From: an uncultured Candidatus Saccharibacteria bacterium
GTDB taxonomy: Bacteria; Patescibacteriota; Saccharimonadia; Saccharimonadales; JACDBH01
Direction: 5' to 3'
NCBI GenBank assembly: GCA_964644965.1
Contig: CAZXYN010000006.1
Span: 1-63,042, forward strand
DNA length: 63,042 nucleotides
Both the position numbers and the translations under genes were made by a program. This document shows, one piece after another, positions 38,119 to 46,392 of this stretch; the stretch's first letter is position 1; the number at the start of each line of letters is the position of its first letter. A model generated the notes under the pieces. It had not been told where the DNA came from. It did no database searches and saw nothing but the letters and a program-made list of their open reading frames with translations.

Positions 38119-39704
38119 TTCTTTACAGCCTTTTCTGTTACATCAAACTTACCGATATATCTTCCTAGCATCAGCCTGGTCTGTGAATAAAGCGCTGCTG
38201 ATGTGTTGTAGCAAAGCGTCGTAATCGGCAATAATGCCCATTGTAGCACCATCCAGATATTCCGCCGCTTCTTGTAGCGCTCTGGGCGTGGTGGCAAGAA
38301 TTTTAAGCTCAGCATCAGACTGACAAAGAGCCCAGAGAGAGCGATTGTTTGAATCAAACTGGCTGTCCGCGGCAACTGATTAGCTACGAAATTCTCGGGC
38401 TGAATAACTACTGGTATAAGTGGTGCAACTAGTATCAGTAGCGCAGCCGTAGCCCAAGAAACATGGCTTTCTAGCAAGCGGGAGATCTTCATGATTAGAT
38501 CGGTCTTTGGGACTTTACTACCGCGGCGGAAACCCTTTGATGCTACGTAAGCAACATCACTGGCTCCCCATGCCCAACGGCGAATCTGTATAAATTGGGC
38601 CTTGAGCGTTCGGCGATAGCCATCAGCTAGTACAGCATCCTGGAAGATAGGCGTAAATATAGGGTAAACCTCATGCTTGCCGTCGTATCTGAAATAGGTT
38701 CGCCAGAACTGATGACCGTCCTCTACAATTGTTCGAACACTCCAAAAATCAGTATCAATAAGCGCTGCCATGCTTTGGGCATGCGAGCTGAAGTTTCGTA
38801 GCATGTGTGGTCGCAGACTTAACACTACGTTCCAAAATGAGTTACCGGTAGCAATAACACGCATTGGTGACGGAGCATCCCAGATGTTATTGAGAAACAA
38901 TGGAATTGGCTGGTACGAAACATACCGTGGATCCTCGGTACTACAGAACGTATATGTTAGCGCCGACAGATACCAGTGATGTGGTCGATTGTCGGCATCA
39001 AGTGTGGTAACAACCACATGTTCCGGATTGAGCTTTTCTTTCTCTAAGTATTTCTGGAGTTCGCGAGCAGCGTAGGTAATGTTACCGCCCTTTCCGATTA
39101 CTTCACCCTCTATGTCTTTAGGGTGCTTTATGGCTACGGCATGTTTGAATTTTGATCTGTATTCAGATATCAACTCTCCGGCCTGTTTTTCTACGTCCGG
39201 ACCACCGCGTTCTTCGTAAGCAAGCACTAGAACTACCTTCTTCATGTCGTAATTTGAATCAATTACTGATTGAATGGTCGGCTCTAGTGTGTCGCGACTT
39301 TCATTATACGTAGCAACGATAATCGCATGGTAGACCTCGCTCGGCTTGCAAAACACTGGGAATTCTTTGAGTCTGTCTAGATTACGAATATGCCACTTTG
39401 GATTCTTGCCGTGAGGATGCACCGACTCGCCTGCTTCTAGGTCATCGATTAGCAGCTGCCAGTTTAGAGCCTGTTGTCTATTAAGCATTTTGTAGCCCTG
39501 TATCGATCGGATGCTCATAACCACGCCTTTTATGAACCAAATGAGTAGATAGGCTAGTATAAACACTGCAAAAAGATTTGGGTTAAATACACTAAATACG
39601 AACGGCGCAAGTAGAATACTCCAGCTCAAGAATCCTGGGACTATCTCCCAAAATCGATAACGCCAACCCCTTTGATTCTCATAGGGGATTTCGATGTCTG
39701 TCAT
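38115..39704 (-). CDS. Membrane-embedded family 2 glycosyltransferase (processive, cellulose/chitin-synthase-like)
   Basis: 529 aa. The N-terminus has TM helices, followed by VATYNES, TLDADN (DxD) and QIRRWAWG (QxxRW), with C-terminal TM helices. Confidence 0.7.
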   Translation of the reverse strand: MTDIEIPYENQRGWRYRFWEIVPGFLSWSILLAPFVFSVFNPNLFAVFILAYLLIWFIKGVVMSIRSIQGYKMLNRQQALNWQLLIDDLEAGESVHPHGKNPKWHIRNLDRLKEFPVFCKPSEVYHAIIVATYNESRDTLEPTIQSVIDSNYDMKKVVLVLAYEERGGPDVEKQAGELISEYRSKFKHAVAIKHPKDIEGEVIGKGGNITYAARELQKYLEKEKLNPEHVVVTTLDADNRPHHWYLSALTYTFCSTEDPRYVSYQPIPLFLNNIWDAPSPMRVIATGNSFWNVVLSLRPHMLRNFSSHAQSMAALIDTDFWSVRTIVEDGHQFWRTYFRYDGKHEVYPIFTPIFQDAVLADGYRRTLKAQFIQIRRWAWGASDVAYVASKGFRRGSKVPKTDLIMKISRLLESHVSWATAALLILVAPLIPVVIQPENFVANQLPRTASLIQTIALSGLFVSLMLSLKFLPPRPERYKKRRNIWMVLQWALLPITTLCYNTSAALYSQTRLMLGRYIGKFDVTEKAVKK

Positions 39705-40057
39705 CTCAGCCTCATGAGTGCATCACTAACAATAATAGTCATAATGTTGAGAAGCGTACAAATTGCGAGCACCACCACGGCAATGTGTTTGCGAAGCGGA
39801 AAGGTACGGAGACTTATAAAAATACAGATGGCGAAGTTGATCAGCATGAAGAAAATAAAGCCCGCCACATCAAGTGCAAAGCCACGTTGGAATTCGCCAA
39901 TACCGTAGTTTGCTCGGTATTCGATGATGTAGTTCGTAGATGTTCCAGAGTCTAGCCGGAACAGAATCAGAATAGATCCAATTAGGACTAGCACGCTGTT
40001 AATAATCAGCAGCAAAAGTATCGAGCGATTATGAAAATATCTGCTTGGAATAGTCAT
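39701..40057 (-). CDS. Hypothetical small membrane protein (3 TM)
   Basis: 118-aa hydrophobic ORF whose stop overlaps the start of the GT2 gene. Confidence 0.5.
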   Translation of the reverse strand: MTIPSRYFHNRSILLLLIINSVLVLIGSILILFRLDSGTSTNYIIEYRANYGIGEFQRGFALDVAGFIFFMLINFAICIFISLRTFPLRKHIAVVVLAICTLLNIMTIIVSDALMRLR

Positions 40058-40146
40058 AGTGTGTTCCGTCCATTATACCCGATAAGCCACCTTGCCGCGA
40101 ATTCTGAGAGACAAAAAACCCCAAGGCTTGCCTGGGGCGTTTTGTT

Positions 40147-40223
40147 TGGCGCGCTCGACCGGATTCGAACCGGCGATCTCCTCCGTGACAGGGAGGCATG
40201 TTAGGCCTCTACACCACGAGCGC
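40147..40223 (-). tRNA. tRNA-Asp (anticodon GTC), CCA encoded
   Basis: The reverse complement is GCGCTCGTGGTGTAGAGGCCTAACATGCCTCCCTGTCACGGAGGAGATCGCCGGTTCGAATCCGGTCGAGCGCGCCA. Confidence 0.9.
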
Positions 40224-40324
40224 ATAACTGAGCTATTTTACCAGTTACATCTGTTATTTTCAAGATGCCATGCGAAACTACTTAAAGATGGGGCTCTAGG
40301 TTGCTATACTGTTTGATGTCATCC

Positions 40325-40400
40325 GCCGAAGTGGCTCAGTTGGTAGAGCAGCTCATTCGTAACGAGCAGGTCGTGGGTTCGAGTCCCATCTTCGGCTCCA
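40325..40400 (+). tRNA. tRNA-Thr (anticodon CGT), discriminator U, CCA encoded
   Basis: The sequence is GCCGAAGTGGCTCAGTTGGTAGAGCAGCTCATTCGTAACGAGCAGGTCGTGGGTTCGAGTCCCATCTTCGGCTCCA. The anticodon loop is TTCGTAA, with one A-C mismatch at the loop-closing pair. Confidence 0.85.
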
Positions 40401-40472
40401 AGTTGCTTTCCCTGGCTTCGTGAGAGGATTCGCGGAGCCAAATATCGAAGAGGGCTTGATGTGATATCTCAA

Positions 40473-40547
40473 GCGGGTATCGTATAACGGCTATTATGTA
40501 TCCTTCCCAAGGATGAAACGAGGGTTCGACTCCCTCTACCCGCACCA
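40473..40547 (+). tRNA. tRNA-Gly (anticodon CCC), CCA encoded
   Basis: The sequence is GCGGGTATCGTATAACGGCTATTATGTATCCTTCCCAAGGATGAAACGAGGGTTCGACTCCCTCTACCCGCACCA. Confidence 0.85.
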
Positions 40548-40555
40548 ATCAGAGA

Positions 40556-40578
40556 GCCGAGCTTGCCTCGGTTTTTTG
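40556..40578 (+). terminator. Rho-independent terminator after the tRNA-Thr/tRNA-Gly pair
   Basis: GCCGAG-CTTGC-CTCGG followed by TTTTTT. Confidence 0.5.
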
Positions 40579-40604
40579 ATTGGTGCGAATTATTGAAAAC
40601 TAGT

Positions 40605-41681
40605 CTATGGATTCAAAAAGCGATTCGGTGGGCTTGTTTCTTTGAGGCTCTCTATATATTCGTTAATATCTTTGATGTTAACTTGGATATGAGCTGCCCG
40701 TGCTTTGCCGTTTTCGATACTAAGTGTCTTCACAATCTCAAAGCTGTAACCAGTGTCAATAATATCAGATACCTGGCCTGGGTCCTGAGAGAATATTGCA
40801 TTAGTTACCCGAGCCGATATGTCCCTGTTTGACCTGTCAATGTCCACACCATAATCACCGCCAGCAGCCTTTGTAGCCTCATCCTCGGAGTATTTTTTTG
40901 CTACCTCACCAAAGTCTGTGCCATCTTCTAGCTCAGATAGAGCTGAGTTAATCTTGCCATTAGCTTCTGTATCGAGCCTTGCTGCAACCTTGCGAGCTAA
41001 TATCTGTTGGCGAAGCGATCTCTTAAAATCACTAACCGACCAACCCCAGAAATCACGTAGCACATCTTCGAACACTTCATTGCTTGTGCCAAGCCTGTTT
41101 TGTTCACGAACAATCGCTATTTCTTGCTCAACTTCTTCGGTACTGACGCTAACCCCATTTTCCTCTGCAAGATATTTGACATAGGCGTCGTCAATTACTT
41201 GATCCATGGCTTGTTTTTTAAACTCATTCAACTGTTCCTGGCCCTCTTCGGTTTCAAAGTTCAGTTTCTGCTGATTCTTGTAGTAATGCATATAGTGTCG
41301 CAGCTCAAACAGGTAGCTCTCGTATGACACGAATTTGCCTTCTGCCCGCGCAATCGGGAAAGGTACGATTTGAGTAATACGGTAGGTAAAAGTTGATGTG
41401 CTTTGGAAGCGATACAGGCTGAGTATAGAGTAAGCAACAAATATCACTAGTGTTGTTACAAATATAATCAGCGAAAGCCAAACAATACGACGCCTAGAGT
41501 GCTGCAACGGGTAAATGTACTTGCGTGCGCCAGCTAGTACCTCTTCACGATGCTCAGCGATTGATTCATTGGTAATATAAGGTACCTTAGCAGACTCTAC
41601 CGGATCAACTTCCTTGCGGCGCAGCTTATTGATTGGCTTTTTAGCCGATTCTTTAACCTTATTGAACTTATTCTTCATCAT
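40605..41681 (-). CDS. Membrane-anchored SurA-N/PpiC-type (parvulin) peptidyl-prolyl isomerase
   Basis: 358 aa with an N-terminal TM (VWLSLIIFVTTLVIFVAYSIL). A chaperone-like middle region is followed by a parvulin segment: ALSELEDGTDFGEVAKKYSEDEATKAAGGDYG. Confidence 0.7.
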   Translation of the reverse strand: MMKNKFNKVKESAKKPINKLRRKEVDPVESAKVPYITNESIAEHREEVLAGARKYIYPLQHSRRRIVWLSLIIFVTTLVIFVAYSILSLYRFQSTSTFTYRITQIVPFPIARAEGKFVSYESYLFELRHYMHYYKNQQKLNFETEEGQEQLNEFKKQAMDQVIDDAYVKYLAEENGVSVSTEEVEQEIAIVREQNRLGTSNEVFEDVLRDFWGWSVSDFKRSLRQQILARKVAARLDTEANGKINSALSELEDGTDFGEVAKKYSEDEATKAAGGDYGVDIDRSNRDISARVTNAIFSQDPGQVSDIIDTGYSFEIVKTLSIENGKARAAHIQVNIKDINEYIESLKETSPPNRFLNP

Positions 41682-42258
41682 TTTCCTCTAATTGTTGGTA
41701 GTCTGCCTGATTAACCTTCGTGAAACCTAAATCACGCAGTGTGTGTAATAGCTTTTTCTGGATTTTTGCAGGGTGATGCACATCATGAATCGTTAGGCTC
41801 CCCACAAAAGTTTGTAACACTATTGTACCAAACCCTAGGACCGTTTCTGTAAAACCATTCACTTCGTAATTAACCATCTGAACCTGGTCTAGCCCGAGTG
41901 CAACCATACTGCGCTTGAACATCCCCTTCTGAGTAATCTGGATGAGGCGTTGATCGGTCACAATGTACACGCTGTAGTTCCAGCTAATCCAAGACGGCAA
42001 CATCAGGAAGAAAGCAAACACAAAGCCAAGCGCCAGACTAAAATAAAAGGCATTCACGGTCGGCAAACGCTCTGGATTGTTGGCAAAGATATAAGTCATT
42101 GCCAGGATGACCAACATCGGTATGAGCAGACCAATACAGGCCATAATCAGACCTTTTCGCATCACAATCGGGTGTTTTCTAAACACCATCAGAACTTCTT
42201 CGTCGTCGAATTGTTCCTTAAAATAGCGAATCGGATTATCGCTACTAGTTTTTACCAT
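41668..42258 (-). CDS. Bacterial PH-domain (bPH_2/YdbT-like) membrane protein
   Basis: 196 aa. Two TM helices are followed by YIVTDQRLIQITQKGMFKRS...GTIVLQTF, typical of bPH domains. Confidence 0.55.
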   Translation of the reverse strand: MVKTSSDNPIRYFKEQFDDEEVLMVFRKHPIVMRKGLIMACIGLLIPMLVILAMTYIFANNPERLPTVNAFYFSLALGFVFAFFLMLPSWISWNYSVYIVTDQRLIQITQKGMFKRSMVALGLDQVQMVNYEVNGFTETVLGFGTIVLQTFVGSLTIHDVHHPAKIQKKLLHTLRDLGFTKVNQADYQQLEENDEE

Positions 42259-42338
42259 AAGAGTATTGTATCAGTTCTTATCTGAAAAAGAGGTAAGAAA
42301 CTCTACATCAAACAGACAGGGATTATCCCTCTGATGCT

Positions 42339-42449
42339 GGATAACCCCGCACCTTGGTACCCCGGATAGGAATCGAACCTATATCATCTCCTTAGGACGG
42401 AGCTACTCTATCCGTTGAGCTACCAGGGCATCAAGGTGCGGGGTTATCC
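42339..42449. repeat. Perfect 17-bp inverted repeat enclosing tRNA-Arg
   Basis: GGATAACCCCGCACCTT (42339-42355) and AAGGTGCGGGGTTATCC (42433-42449). The arms abut both ends of the tRNA gene. Confidence 0.9.
42355..42429 (-). tRNA. tRNA-Arg (anticodon CCT), CCA encoded
   Basis: The reverse complement is GCCCTGGTAGCTCAACGGATAGAGTAGCTCCGTCCTAAGGAGATGATATAGGTTCGATTCCTATCCGGGGTACCA. The acceptor stem has two G-U pairs and the anticodon loop is GTCCTAA. Confidence 0.75.
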
Positions 42450-42497
42450 ATTGAACTACAGGGGCGCATTAGGCTCGCAAGCGAGCCTAAACTTTAG

Positions 42498-43025
42498 CTA
42501 CTTGGTAGCTTTCTTGTCAATTATCTTACCGCGAACAACTGGGCCTTGGGCTGTTTCGTAGTCACCGTAGATTTCGTCTTCGCTGAACCATAGTACAATT
42601 TCCTTTTCGGCTTCCTCTGAGTTACCAGAGGCATGCAGGATGTTCGGCAGAGTCGCACCAATTGGGTTGGTGTAGGCACGGGTAATATGCGTGTAATCGC
42701 CACGAATGGTGCCTGGTGCCGAATCTTTGGGGTCAGTTGTACCGACCATTTTACGAACGTGCTCTACAGATTCAATTCCCTCTAGTACAAAGGCGATCAC
42801 TGGTGTCTCTGTCATTTGCTTGAGTGTGACGTTGTAGATATCTTCGCCCCAGCGGCTTATCAGATTACTGATGCCTTCGTAATGCTTGTGAAAATGCAGC
42901 TCATCAGGTGCAACCATCTTCATAGCAACCACTTTAAGCCCTGCTCTCTCAAACCTGGTGATAATCTCGCCGATTATTCCGCGTTGGATGGTGTCTGGCT
43001 TTAGGATGATTAGCGTTCGTTCCAT
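42498..43025 (-). CDS. ndk: Nucleoside diphosphate kinase (long form)
   Basis: 175 aa. MERTLIILKPDTIQRGIIGEIITRFERAGLKVVAMK is followed by the active-site segment NILHASGNSEEAEKEI. Confidence 0.9.
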   Translation of the reverse strand: MERTLIILKPDTIQRGIIGEIITRFERAGLKVVAMKMVAPDELHFHKHYEGISNLISRWGEDIYNVTLKQMTETPVIAFVLEGIESVEHVRKMVGTTDPKDSAPGTIRGDYTHITRAYTNPIGATLPNILHASGNSEEAEKEIVLWFSEDEIYGDYETAQGPVVRGKIIDKKATK

Positions 43026-43149
43026 GAATTGTTCCTGTTTACTTTTCTACAGTATAGCAGATTTGTATCTGTTGTTCATCTGTTAGTTGTAGTCATCTTT
43101 GTTCACAATTTGTGTTCATATTTACCCCTGTTAGTCATGTTTGTCGCCG

Positions 43150-43158
43150 TGTTACAAT
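43150..43158 (+). promoter_or_regulatory. Extended -10 promoter element positioned for a leaderless recombinase mRNA
   Basis: TGTTACAAT ends 6 nt before the ATG at 43165. No Shine-Dalgarno sequence lies between them. Confidence 0.45.
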
Positions 43159-43164
43159 GTGCCT

Positions 43165-44085
43165 ATGCTTGTAGCAAAACTAAAGACTGACTTCCTGGAG
43201 TACCTAGAGATTGAGCAAAACCGCTCGCAAAAAACTATTCAGAACTACGATCATTACCTGACCCGTCTACTAGATTTTGCCGGCGAAGATTTGAAGGTGT
43301 CTGATATAGATAATGAACTAATACGCAAATGGCGACTATGGCTCAACCGCTTAGGCACAAACGTTTCTGACGAGCTAAAGAAGAACACTCAGAACTATCA
43401 CTTGATTGCCCTACGAAGTTTCCTAAAATACTGTGCCAAGCGCGATATTGTAGCCTTGCCTGCTGACAAGATAGAGCTCGCCAAGACAGTTCGAAAGCAA
43501 GTCACTTTCCTGGCTCCAGAGGAGTTAGAGCGACTATTTGCACAACCTGATATCACCACACTTGCCGGCCTACGAGATCGTTCAATATTGGAACTACTGT
43601 TTTCTAGCGGGCTGCGTGTCTCTGAGCTTGTAGGTCTAGATACTGACCACGTCAATTTGAAGCGCCGGGAGTTTATGGTTCGTGGTAAAGGTCAAAAAGA
43701 CCGACCAATTTTTATCAGTGAGGTAGCCGCCACCTGGCTGCAAGCCTACATGGATAAGCGTAGCGACAACCTTAAGCCACTGTTTATTCGCATCGGCAGG
43801 ACGTCGCAGCCAGCCACGACCGATGGCAATTACTTCCGCCTGACGACTCGGTCTGTGCAGCGGCTTGTCAAGCAATATGCGCTGCTAGCCGGTATCACCA
43901 AAAATGTAAGCCCACACACCCTCAGACACAGTTTTGCGACCGATTTACTTATGAATGGTGCTGATCTGCGTTCTGTCCAAGCCATGCTTGGCCACAGCAA
44001 TATCTCTACTACTCAGATTTATACGCATGTCACTGACCCTCACCTCAAATCAGTCCACGAAAAATTTCACGGTAAGGAGCACTAA
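43165..44085 (+). CDS. Tyrosine site-specific recombinase, XerC/XerD family
   Basis: There is an N-terminal SAM-like domain (FLEYLEIEQNRSQKTIQNYDHYL). The catalytic region reads RDRSILELLFSSGLRVSEL...HTLRHSFATDLLMNGADLRSVQAMLGHSNISTTQIYTHV. The track ORF starts at a TTG at 43141. Confidence 0.9.
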   Translation: MLVAKLKTDFLEYLEIEQNRSQKTIQNYDHYLTRLLDFAGEDLKVSDIDNELIRKWRLWLNRLGTNVSDELKKNTQNYHLIALRSFLKYCAKRDIVALPADKIELAKTVRKQVTFLAPEELERLFAQPDITTLAGLRDRSILELLFSSGLRVSELVGLDTDHVNLKRREFMVRGKGQKDRPIFISEVAATWLQAYMDKRSDNLKPLFIRIGRTSQPATTDGNYFRLTTRSVQRLVKQYALLAGITKNVSPHTLRHSFATDLLMNGADLRSVQAMLGHSNISTTQIYTHVTDPHLKSVHEKFHGKEH

Positions 44086-44211
44086 CCTCGGGAAGAGCAG
44101 CCGGAGCATGCGGATTCATTCCGCTGCCCCGCGCGATGAGAAACCCGCGATGCGAGGTGTCTCATGGTGAATACTTTCACGGTAAGGAGCACTAACCTCG
44201 GGAAGAGCAGC
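44065..44211 (+). repeat. Small structured insertion element (copy 1) flanked by a perfect 37-bp direct repeat that includes the recombinase gene 3' end
   Basis: TTTCACGGTAAGGAGCACTAACCTCGGGAAGAGCAGC occurs at 44065-44101 and at 44175-44211. The 73 bp between the copies hold a conserved module (see 54744-54789) and the hairpin ATGAGA...TCTCAT. Confidence 0.9.
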
Positions 44212-45263
44212 TAGTTAATGTTACAAGATGGGTCTGATACACCGCCAGGCAAGTCTACTGCTGTGTTGCCAGGTATACCTATGTAGCGTTTACAGATGGA
44301 GTCGCCGCTAAATATCGCGAACGGTGGATGAAAGCCTTCGTTAGAAGACAGTGGAATCCTGACCTGTATGCGACGATAAACGTCATTCGCCTGGCCTGTT
44401 GAATCAACAATTGCTTGTCCGTTTGTAAGCGTCACCTCATTGCCCGACCCATCCACTGCAGCAACTCGAGCCCGTACTGGGTTGTAATAGCTTTGCAATC
44501 GGACATAGTAGCTAGAACTGCCACTACCCGACAAACTCACGTTGGCGCTACACCTATACCCATTCGTGGAGTTACATCGTGTTACAAGCGTTACGCCCTG
44601 ACCAGCTAGTCCTGGAGACGCTGGGATGCTAGTTCCACCAGTGATACTTGGGTACAAGTAAACCGTATAGGCAGAATTTGCAACATCTTGCCGGTTAGCC
44701 GGGCTCTCCCCTGCTGGCACTAGATCCAATCGTACGACACCCACACCGTCTCCCCAGGGTAAGGTTGGCAAGAATTGCGGGTTACCGCTTTGTAGCGGCC
44801 GGTCTTCGATAGAGCCGTCATCTTCCTCTGGCGAGTCCCAGTCAATCCGCAGATTGCTAATATCGTCACCGCTGAGAGTTTCCAGCCTACTCGTGACTGG
44901 CTCGCCAGTGCCAACAACTGGCACATTACCGAATTCCAGGTTGGGCGGATTGCCGTTAATTAGCAAGCAGCTCACCTTGATGTTGTTTTCGTTGTTTATA
45001 TCGTAATCAAACGACCCTGGCGCACAGTCGTTTTTCTGGCTTACATTCTCTCCGTCAGCAAGTGCCGAGGCAGCCATACTGACACCGCTCTCGGCAGCGT
45101 AGAATGCTTGGCTATTGAGGTGTTCATTAAGTGTCCTACTCTGCGCCTGACGAACAACAGTAGAAAAACCAATCGTGATTAACGTCAGAATACCCATGAT
45201 TATGAGTACAGAGAATATAGCTACGAAACCTTGCTGATTTGATTGTTTGATAGACATACTCAT
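44211..45263 (-). CDS. PilX-like pilus-associated protein (N-terminal pilin-like hydrophobic helix, large beta-rich domain)
   Basis: 350 aa, QQGFVAIFSVLIIMGILTLITIGFSTVVRQAQ... It is the last gene of the pseudopilin block and its start overlaps the upstream stop. Confidence 0.5.
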   Translation of the reverse strand: MSMSIKQSNQQGFVAIFSVLIIMGILTLITIGFSTVVRQAQSRTLNEHLNSQAFYAAESGVSMAASALADGENVSQKNDCAPGSFDYDINNENNIKVSCLLINGNPPNLEFGNVPVVGTGEPVTSRLETLSGDDISNLRIDWDSPEEDDGSIEDRPLQSGNPQFLPTLPWGDGVGVVRLDLVPAGESPANRQDVANSAYTVYLYPSITGGTSIPASPGLAGQGVTLVTRCNSTNGYRCSANVSLSGSGSSSYYVRLQSYYNPVRARVAAVDGSGNEVTLTNGQAIVDSTGQANDVYRRIQVRIPLSSNEGFHPPFAIFSGDSICKRYIGIPGNTAVDLPGGVSDPSCNIN

Positions 45264-45922
45264 TACTGTAACCTCTTTGCTACGGTTGTATTAAATTCCG
45301 ACACAGCACAGAATTGCCCGCTGGCATTTACACCCTTACAAATACTATACTTCGGATTATTCTCATCTTCGTTGTTTTCGAACAGTTCATCATCTGCTCC
45401 ATAAGCTATTCTAACTGTTATGTCCCAAGTATCGCCATTCGGGTTAACTGTCAGCTCTGGTACGCGCATATTCTCACTTAGTAACTCCGTACCTTCGTCA
45501 CTTGGTTCAGAATCCGATATATCAAGCGGCGTACAGTCGCCACCCACGGGTATACGATCTTTCCAGAGCACATGAGTTGTTTGATCAGACCCCGTGCCTA
45601 GTGAGCGCTCTTCCGTAAAGCTATAACGCACACTCCCCAGACAAAGTGCCCGAACCGTACCGGCGTTTGCAGACGTGTCTTCGCCTTCGCGCCAAAATAT
45701 TTCATCAGCCCCAGCTGCCCCGAACTGGATTGAGCGGGAAATATCGTCGACGATCTTCCGCGATACGTCTTGGGTACGATTTGTAATTATACCCTTGTAG
45801 TACAGCTTGCCGACATGAATGATGGCAAACGAGCACAGCAGCAAAACCATAGAGAATATAGTGGTAGCAATCATCAGCTCAACAATCGTGAAGCCCTTTT
45901 GGTTCGGTTTTGTCTTCATCAT
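45263..45922 (-). CDS. Type IV minor pilin (prepilin-type N-terminal cleavage/methylation domain)
   Basis: KPNQKG|FTIVELMIATTIFSMVLL class III signal. Confidence 0.75.
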   Translation of the reverse strand: MMKTKPNQKGFTIVELMIATTIFSMVLLLCSFAIIHVGKLYYKGIITNRTQDVSRKIVDDISRSIQFGAAGADEIFWREGEDTSANAGTVRALCLGSVRYSFTEERSLGTGSDQTTHVLWKDRIPVGGDCTPLDISDSEPSDEGTELLSENMRVPELTVNPNGDTWDITVRIAYGADDELFENNEDENNPKYSICKGVNASGQFCAVSEFNTTVAKRLQ

Positions 45923-46392
45923 TGCAATTTATACCCCATAATCACTTCACTTCTTCCATGGCTAATACTATCCCAGCGAACCCTGACGAGATAGCTCTCC
46001 AGCCCATTGTCATAGGTGATTGCCGTATGATAGAAGCTCTCTACGCAGCCGGCAGGATAATTAGCAAAGTTATCGCTATTGATATCAGCATGTGGTGCTC
46101 CACCGCTGAAACCATCTGTCTCGCCCGCTGTAGACATACAAAACGTGTGATTGTTACCTATACCTGGAAATGAAGCGGGGTCAGCTGTCTGCCAAGCTTT
46201 TTTTAGTCGTTCCAGGTGCGATTGAGCGATTTTAGATGCCTCGGTGCGCTCTTGGTTGTTACGCAGGATCAAAATATTCTCGTTCATAATCGAATATGTT
46301 ATTGCCAGCACACTACTCACTACAGCAACAGCTATCAGTACCTCAATGATGGTATCGCCGCTCTCGCGCCGTGATCGTATTTTATTCAGCAC
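45919..46392 (-). CDS. Type IV minor pilin-like protein (atypical prepilin signal), GTG start
   Basis: RRESG|DTIIEVLIAVAVVSSVL. GGAGG lies 4 nt before the GTG at 46392. The longer track ORF (to 46488) overlaps the upstream gene by more than 100 nt. Confidence 0.6.
   Translation of the reverse strand: MLNKIRSRRESGDTIIEVLIAVAVVSSVLAITYSIMNENILILRNNQERTEASKIAQSHLERLKKAWQTADPASFPGIGNNHTFCMSTAGETDGFSGGAPHADINSDNFANYPAGCVESFYHTAITYDNGLESYLVRVRWDSISHGRSEVIMGYKLQ

Noticed and set aside
42433-42470. A tRNA 5'-half-like sequence (GCGCCCCTGTAGTTCAATGGATAAC on the minus strand), suggesting a split or intron-containing tRNA around tRNA-Arg
   Set aside because: No matching 3' acceptor strand, T-arm or usable anticodon loop is found on the other side of tRNA-Arg, so a functional outer tRNA cannot be built.
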